From Octopus sinensis (Eukaryota), in NCBI RefSeq assembly GCF_006345805.1, contig NW_021833159.1:1-29172 (forward strand): 29,172 nt of DNA, read 5' to 3'. The position numbers and the translations under genes were made by a program. This document shows, piece after piece, positions 22,461 to 29,172 of the stretch; position 1 is the stretch's first letter, and every line of letters begins with the position of its first letter. Below the pieces are notes generated by a model that saw only the letters and a list, made by a program, of their open reading frames with translations, was not told the origin of the DNA and ran no database searches.

Positions 22461-24039
22461 TGTGTTAACGTTATAGAAATCAATAACGTATATGGTGATC
22501 GATCGCCGAATCGATAGATTATCTTTAGCTGCATTCAGATAAGTACATTTAGATTCTTAATTCAAACTACCATCGGAGGAGGCGGGAATTTGATTAGGAC
22601 GTTTATCCTTACATTTTCAATAAAATAACGAGCAAGCTGTTGTTGTTGTTGATGATGATGATGATGATGATGATGATAATGACGATATTGTTGTTTAGGC
22701 CCAGATCAAATCTGAGCCCTGAAACCACTGACCACTGACCACAGACATTGTACTTGTGATCATTCAGTCATGTTCCTAGGCATTGCAAATCTAAGACAAA
22801 CGTGGTCAAATTCGTGGCACTCGATCGGCTTGTGGGCCTTTATGCAATTTGGATGAGGCACACAATGCGTGTCCAAAAATTTCGCCATGCAGAAAAATTC
22901 GGCGTATGGACAATGATAAAGCACTTTTTAAAATAAAGAATGATAAGGGGATTTATAAAAGCATTAAACATGCAAGTTTTTATTTAACGTCAAACATTAA
23001 CGAAATGTGAAGTCATTTAAAACGAAATTTCTTTTGTTGAATTTTGCTATGACAAAAATGTTTCCGGCGAAATTCTCTATAACCCAGAAAATGTGCTTAA
23101 ATAAAACGTAACAATTCTTCAGTCAACGTTTGTAACATAATCATCTTTATGATTAGCTTAGCGGTGTATATGGCGTTATGGTCAGTTTGGGTCAGTTTAG
23201 GTCAGATCAGATTATTACCTATTTGATATTATGTAGGCCTGTAGTATCTGTCTCCTGAACGAATCGTTGCATGACTGGGCCAGTCAAGCCGGCTGGGTTT
23301 CCTGGGTGGGAGTGGGGTTGGGGTTGTGGTCCAGCCTCCAGCAGACTAGAAAACAAACCTTGTCAGACAAACCAAATGGCGAACGATTCCTGGAGGGGAA
23401 AAGCTAGGAGACACCGAGTTACCTTTTGTAACCCTGCCTAATGGCATCATGAATTTGAAATACCAGACCCGATCGCTCGGGGCCCATTGGCTGATGTCCG
23501 GAAAAGATAGGCAGAAGTTTTTGCTTTTCTCAGTATGAACCAGAGACCCGTTCTACAATGTCCATCTTAATTTATATCTTGTCTTCTGTGTACCATGAAC
23601 GGTTCTTAAGTTATTCATATAGGCATGCAACCCTTTTTACAGTTAACAAAATCTCATAAGACCTGTTGTTGGCAAAAGGTTACCCCTGGGGACTGCATTA
23701 TATGATAAATCCTACTTTCCTAAAAGCTAAATTGGATTATGAAGTCAGAATTGGTTGCTCTTCTCGAATAAGTAAATATTTTCTCATTAGATTGAATTTA
23801 TACCAGTTATATAATGAGTTGAAGTTTTCATTTATAACCGTTCCTCCTTTCTACATGTGCTACTGTCTACTTCTTTCACGTGATCGCATAATCGACCAGA
23901 GTATCGGATGTTGCTATACATCGCTGGTCACAATGCACTTTGCATTGTTTTAGCTTTCGAATGATGCCACCCGGCTGGCATACTCATGCAGGGCAACATT
24001 CTCCCTGATCGGAAGTTTTGTCTGTTGCAGTGTTACCCA

Positions 24040-24177
24040 TATACAGCTGAGCGGACTGGAGAAACGTGAAAAGAAGTGTTATGTTCAAGAACACAACGCG
24101 CTGCTTGGTTCGAAAATCGAACCTACGATCTAGCGATCGTGAATACAATACCCTAATCTCTAGGCCACGTGCCTTCA
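24040..24177 (-). mobile_element. SINE family C head and core
   Basis: cagctgagcggactggagaaacgtgaaaagaagtg...aagaacacaacgcg...aatcgaacctacgatc...ccctaatctctaggccacgtgcc. Confidence 0.8.
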
Positions 24178-24449
24178 CCGTCTACTTATCTACGAAGTAA
24201 CAATTGGAGATGATATCAGGAGAGGTCCCGTTAATAGCGACGTCGATAAGGTGTGGGAGATGCTAGAAGAGCGCCGAACTAGATGTGTGATGCTTTGTTA
24301 GATATGTGCCTCTTACTGTACGAATTCGAGTTCAAATCACACCGCGCTCAATTTCAGTTTTGATCTTTTGCCATGGGACAATAAAACAAGATGTCGGCTC
24401 CGCAACAAACGTTGGTATGGTGCTTGACGGAATAAAATTCAATATACAG

Positions 24450-24652
24450 AAATGGCATCATGAGTAGAACGACTGACAAAATACCTTGCGGTATTGAATT
24501 ACGTCTCCAGTTCAAATCCCGCCAGTGTTGAATTTGCGTTTCAGTTTCTCGGGGGTCTATAAAATATAAAAAATAAAAGAGTCGGATACTAGGTGTGAAT
24601 ACAAGTAGCTCTACCCCCTGTAATCCCATATGTAGCATTTGTGCCACTATAA
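24450..24652 (+). mobile_element. Highly decayed SINE family A copy
   Basis: aaaataccttgcggtatt...ccagttcaaatcccgcc...tttgcgtttc...cgggggtctataaaat...tttgtgcca. Confidence 0.5.
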
Positions 24653-25105
24653 ATCAACACATATCAGTTTTACGAATCGTTATGAAGACATGCCATTAAT
24701 AGGTACCTGGTGCGGTTTCATGCCCAGTTTGTTACTCTTTTTTTGCCTTTCACTCACGGTAACAATACAGTTAGAGATAAAACATTAATGTCACATAATC
24801 AATAAATACCTGCTGAATCATATCCAATGGAAATTTTAAAAATTAAGCGGGTGGTACACACATGTAAGAGAAGTCCGGCAGTCTGGTTTCGATTTTAAGT
24901 AGTTACAGTTATGTTACGTGAAATAATATTTTCAGAATATTTATAAGAATTACGTAAAACACTCAAAGAAAGAAGCTGATTTCTCCAGCCATATTAGGTT
25001 TTGAACATCAACAACAACATAACTAAATGAATATAATTAGTTAAATAAATGCGATGAATTGCTGAAACTTCGAAGTTCCTGTCACTCATCTTCTGGGAAA
25101 AGAAT

Positions 25106-25513
25106 ATATTTGTTTATTGCCCACAGGGGGCTGAACATAGAGGGGACAATCCAAAGGATTAAATCTAATATATCGAGCCCAGTGCGTAAATGGTATTTAT
25201 TTCATCGAGCGCGAAAGGATGAAGGGCAAAGTCGACCTCGGCGAATTTAAACTCAGAACGTAACGGCAGACGAAATACCTATTTCTTTACTACCCACAAG
25301 GGGCTAAACACAGAGGGGAACTAACAAGGACAGACAAATGGATTAAGTCGATTATATCGACTCCAGTGCGTAACTGGTACTTATTTAATCGATCCCGAAA
25401 GGATAAAAGGTAAAGTGGACCTCGGCGGAATTTCAACTCGAAACGTAGCGGCAGACGAAATACCGCAAAGCATTTCGCCCGGCGTGCTAACGTTTTTGCC
25501 AGATCGCCGCCCC
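25106..25513 (-). mobile_element. Dimeric SINE family A (one head, two bodies) with imperfect 14-bp TSD
   Basis: Bodies at about 25110-25279 and 25280-25464, head at 25465-25513. Flanks are tctgggaaaagaat (25092-25105) and tctggaaaaagtat (25514-25527), 12/14 identical. Confidence 0.85.
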
Positions 25514-25611
25514 TCTGGAAAAAGTATGAGACAAATGTTCTACAAAAGATATTGAGGAATTCTTCAGTTTAGTGTTAAATTGTGTTTTATTATAAAGCAG
25601 CATCAGTCAGT

Positions 25612-25812
25612 GTGCTGGGTGAATTGGTCGCACACTGGGTGAAATGCTTATCGGCATTTCGCCTGTCTTTACATTTCTGAGTTCAAATTCAGTCGAGGTC
25701 GATATCGCCTTTCATCTTTTTGGGGTTCGATAAAATAAGAGCAGTCTAGAACTGGAGTCTTGTCATCGAATCCCAGCAGCCTTCAAAAACTGCTGACTTG
25801 AGCCAAAATTTA
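25612..25812 (+). mobile_element. SINE family A copy, decayed
   Basis: gaaatgcttatcggcatttcgcctgtc...tctgagttcaaattc...gaggtcgatatcgcctttcatc...gataaaataag...gagccaaaattt. Confidence 0.75.
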
Positions 25813-25919
25813 ATATTATTATCCTCATCAGTATAAGATTAATAAACGGAATCTCAGAAATGTTGATAGTATGTATGTGTGCGTTTATACAGACATGCAT
25901 ACATATATTTATATATATA

Positions 25920-25951
<32 letters not shown>

Positions 25952-25983
25952 ATCTAATGATTCATATATATATAATCTAATGC

Positions 25984-26024
<41 letters not shown>

Positions 26025-26699
26025 GAAGCATTAGATTATAATTCTTCTGCATAAGTTGTGCTCCATCTTTGTAACTCACTCGCCATTAAATAATAACAGC
26101 AAAGTAATAAACGAAAAATATATATAAAAAAATAATAAAACGTACAAAAACTAAAGCAAGAAGACTTTTGAAACAATAAATGTCGGGAAATGTTTCGTTT
26201 CGAGAAGCATATGGCAAAGATATTCAAAGAGACTGTATGAGAATTTGCCAGAGAGGAATGTATGTATGTTTATAAATATTTATGTATAATCAAAGAGTAA
26301 AAAGAGGAGAAAAGAAAGGAAAATGCAAAAATGGTGCTTATATAGATTTTCTCGTATTTCCTGTAAATCTCTTAGAATGAAGATTACATTAGCATCTTTA
26401 CCTAGCTGGAATAATAATGTGTTACCAGTTTCTTCTCCAAGATCACGTGTGTGTGTGTGTGTGTGTGTGTCTGTGTGTGTTGGTGTCTGTGCATGTTTGT
26501 GTGTTTGTCTCAGTGTGTCTTTGCATATGACAATACGGTTCTTACGTTGTGTGTGTGTGTGTGTTTGTGTGTAACGTTGTGCATACGTGATTTTGTAGAA
26601 TAAGAATATGGTAATGCATTGTTACAATCAGGCAGGAATGGAAATGTAATTTCTATTCGAAGAATTACAGAAAATATTAGGAAATCTATGAGCACAATA

Positions 26700-26783
26700 T
26701 GTGTGTGTGTATGAGTGCGTCTGTACTTATATATGTATATATGTGTGTGTGTGTGTGTGTACTTATATGTGTGTGTGTCTGTA

Positions 26784-26843
<60 letters not shown>

Positions 26844-26950
26844 CTGTGCACTTATATATGTGTGTGTGTTTGTGTACTTATATGTGTGTGTGTGTGTGTC
26901 TATACTGATATATATTTATGTGTGTGTGTGAGTACTTATTTATATATGCA
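26700..26950. repeat. Compound minisatellite (TG)n-gtacttatat-(TA)n, about 6 units
   Basis: A recurrent gtacttatat-like word sits between (TG)n tracts. Confidence 0.8.
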
Positions 26951-27342
26951 CATACGTGTATATAATATACATGCAGGTGTATAAGATATATAATGCATGT
27001 GTGTGTGAGGAGAGAGATATATGTAACTGTCGATATGCCTATGTATTGTATGTATAATACATACACATATATATTATGTATTTAAAATATATTTATAATA
27101 TGTGTGGGTTCGCGCGCGCGTGGTTTCATACATTTAGTTTAAATGGCTTCGAGTCGTTATCTATATCATGTTGCTGAACCCCTCAGCTTGGCGCCAAGTG
27201 CTTCATGCAGCAGAAACAGCTGCAAGCTGGTGAAAGCAATTACCTAACTCCCGTTCTCTTGTCATTTGTTAATTCATTGATTATTTCAAATATTTACTCT
27301 AGACCACATGCATGCTGAGTTCTCGTACTAAATAATAATATA

Positions 27343-27581
27343 CAGGTTTGGTCATAAGTCACCCGACACTAAATCAAAATTCCATAAATACCATCTCTAA
27401 TTCTGTATTGATGACTCGAATGGAAAAATGGTGTCGCTCAAGAAGAACTTCAGATTTGATGAATTTTTGTGATGTTCCATATTTAGATACTTTTATTAAA
27501 ATTCATTCAGTTGTTAAACATAAATAAATTTTGGAATTAAATGGTTTTGGTTTACTGTCAGGTGACTTTTGACCAAACCAT
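27343..27581. mobile_element. Tc1/mariner-type MITE (about 240 bp)
   Basis: TIRs caggtttggtcataagtcacccgaca (27343-27368) and tgtcaggtgacttttgaccaaaccat (27556-27581) are 22/26 complementary. TA precedes the left TIR (TA|CAG), and TA dinucleotides are present at the right end. Confidence 0.75.
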
Positions 27582-28109
27582 ATATGTACATTTATTATCG
27601 TAGCTATGTACCTATGTAAGAACATGCATGTGGATGTAAGTGTAAATGTGTGTGGTGTGTGTGTGTGTGTTTTAATTACATTTGCATATTTTAATTATAT
27701 TTTTCAAAAGCCAAAAACAATGCAAATTATGAACAATTAATTATACAAGTAGTTGGTTAGTGGTTTTGCTTGGTATTTCAATATTAGATATTGATACAAC
27801 GGATAAATTTAGTAACGAAGGAACCACATCATTTATTTCTTATAACTTACGTTCTTTTGCCTTTCAAAAAAAACAATAATTAAAAACATCTATGTAACTA
27901 TCTATCTATCTCTCTCTCTATATATATATATACTTATTTATATATATACATACACACACACATATATATATATGTGTGTATATATATATATATATATGTA
28001 TGAATGTATAAATGTATATGGCCAAAATATTAAGAAAATATTTGTGAAACAGTATCGAAACCTTATTTCAAGTTACATTGTGTTGGTAGATTCTGTCTTC
28101 CCTATTTAT

Positions 28110-28114
28110 CTTTA

Positions 28115-28160
<46 letters not shown>

Positions 28161-28246
28161 CACATATATATGTATGCATGTATGTATGTATGTATGTATG
28201 TATGTATGTATGTATGTATGTATGTATGTATGTATGTATGTATGTG
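28110..28246. repeat. (CA)n followed by (TGTA)n microsatellite
   Basis: Directly visible. Confidence 0.95.
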
Positions 28247-28410
28247 TCAGGCAATGCTTCATAAAATCGACAAAGCAATAACCAATTATCTTATAAACTC
28301 CAGTATTTATATATATTTATATATAGGTCTCTTCTTGTGTCTAGGGTGGGTCATTATGCCAATGATAATTAAAATATACACACTCACTGGTTCAATAACT
28401 CTTTATTTTA

Positions 28411-28595
28411 CCAACTAACTATCCAATAGTTATGTTTAATGTGCTGATTGAATAATCAATCGGACTTCAGTTTTTCTCTGTCAGAGCAATTTCGTTGCTA
28501 TTAGCGACCTCATTAATGACATGTCTTCATTCTTCAGTCTGAACAGTGACGACTTTTCAACAACACATAAAAGAAACCCTTGGATAGTTAGTTGG
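28411..28595. mobile_element. Fold-back MITE-like element with TA flanks
   Basis: Perfect 19-bp inverted repeat ttaccaactaactatccaa (28408-28426) / ttggatagttagttggtaa (28580-28598). Weaker complementarity continues inward. TA at 28409-28410 and 28596-28597. Confidence 0.7.
28479..28521 (-). ncRNA. Decayed hammerhead-like motif inside the fold-back element
   Basis: Minus strand tgtca-TTAATGA-g-gtcgc/taata/gcaac-GAAA-ttgc-TC-tgaca. Stem I has 5 perfect base pairs. The core is two transitions from CTGATGA. Confidence 0.4.
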
Positions 28596-28770
28596 TAACA
28601 GAAGGAAGTGGTATAGAACCAGTGCGTGTGTTTATTTTAATTTTCGTTATCATAATAACCCTCCCTATATACACTACGAGATTTGTTTAAACTCACGAAT
28701 TCCCATCAAGATTCTTGAAAACCATATACAAAAAACGAAGTACATACATACATTACAAATACACATACAC

Positions 28771-28910
28771 GCGACGGGCTTCGTTCAGTTTCCGTCTTCC
28801 ACATCCACTCACAAGGCATTGACACTTGCCCAAGGTGCCACGCAATGGGAATGAACCTAGAACCATATGGTTTGTAATCAAGTTGCTTACTACACAGCCA
28901 CTCCTGCGCC
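28771..28910 (-). mobile_element. SINE family B with about 30-bp internal deletion
   Basis: Reverse complement of the 2763 copy (gacacttgcccaaggtgccacgcaatggga...gccactcctgcgcc), lacking the ctactatagcctcggg segment. Confidence 0.85.
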
Positions 28911-28911
28911 T

Positions 28912-28912
28912 G

Positions 28913-28979
<67 letters not shown>

Positions 28980-29077
28980 GATAGATAGATAGAGAAGAGA
29001 GAGAGAGAGATAGAGAGAGATTGAGAGAGAGAGCGATACACACACATATATATACATATATATATGTGTGTATGTAC

Positions 29078-29139
<62 letters not shown>

Positions 29140-29172
29140 ATGTATGTATGTATGTATGTATGTATGTATGTA
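28912..29172. repeat. Compound (TA)n/(GATA)n/(GA)n/(TG)n/(TATG)n microsatellite to the window end
   Basis: Directly visible. Confidence 0.95.

Noticed and set aside
27170-27245. Minus-strand AFTSLQL as a second homeobox
   Set aside because: The following residues do not match helix 1-3, a stop comes soon after, and there is no upstream basic arm.

Overview
AT-rich, microsatellite-saturated animal genomic DNA. It is very probably from an octopus or related coleoid; this is inferred from the tRNA-derived SINE families and the (TA)n/(CA)n/(GATA)n load, not from a database search. The only protein-coding sequence I can support is one 182-bp internal exon (7030-6849, minus strand) of a Distal-less/Dlx homeobox gene, encoding homeodomain residues 1-44 with canonical splice sites. 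I could not find the flanking Dlx exons, so most or all of the window is probably Dlx intron. The rest consists of about 20 SINE or repeat copies from several families, two TA-flanked MITE-like elements and many simple repeats. The most interesting observations are: (i) five Penelope/retrozyme-type minimal hammerhead ribozyme motifs, one with an intact core at 10546-10588; (ii) several long hairpins, including a 47-bp stem whose five transition-type differences are all G.U pairs on one strand (pre-miRNA candidate) and a 169-bp spacerless palindrome centred on (TA)n; (iii) a SINE inserted into an older copy of its own family at the homologous site, plus a dimeric copy of that family; (iv) candidate regulatory motif arrays near Dlx. 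All other ORFs in the supplied track look like artefacts of simple repeats or TE remnants.
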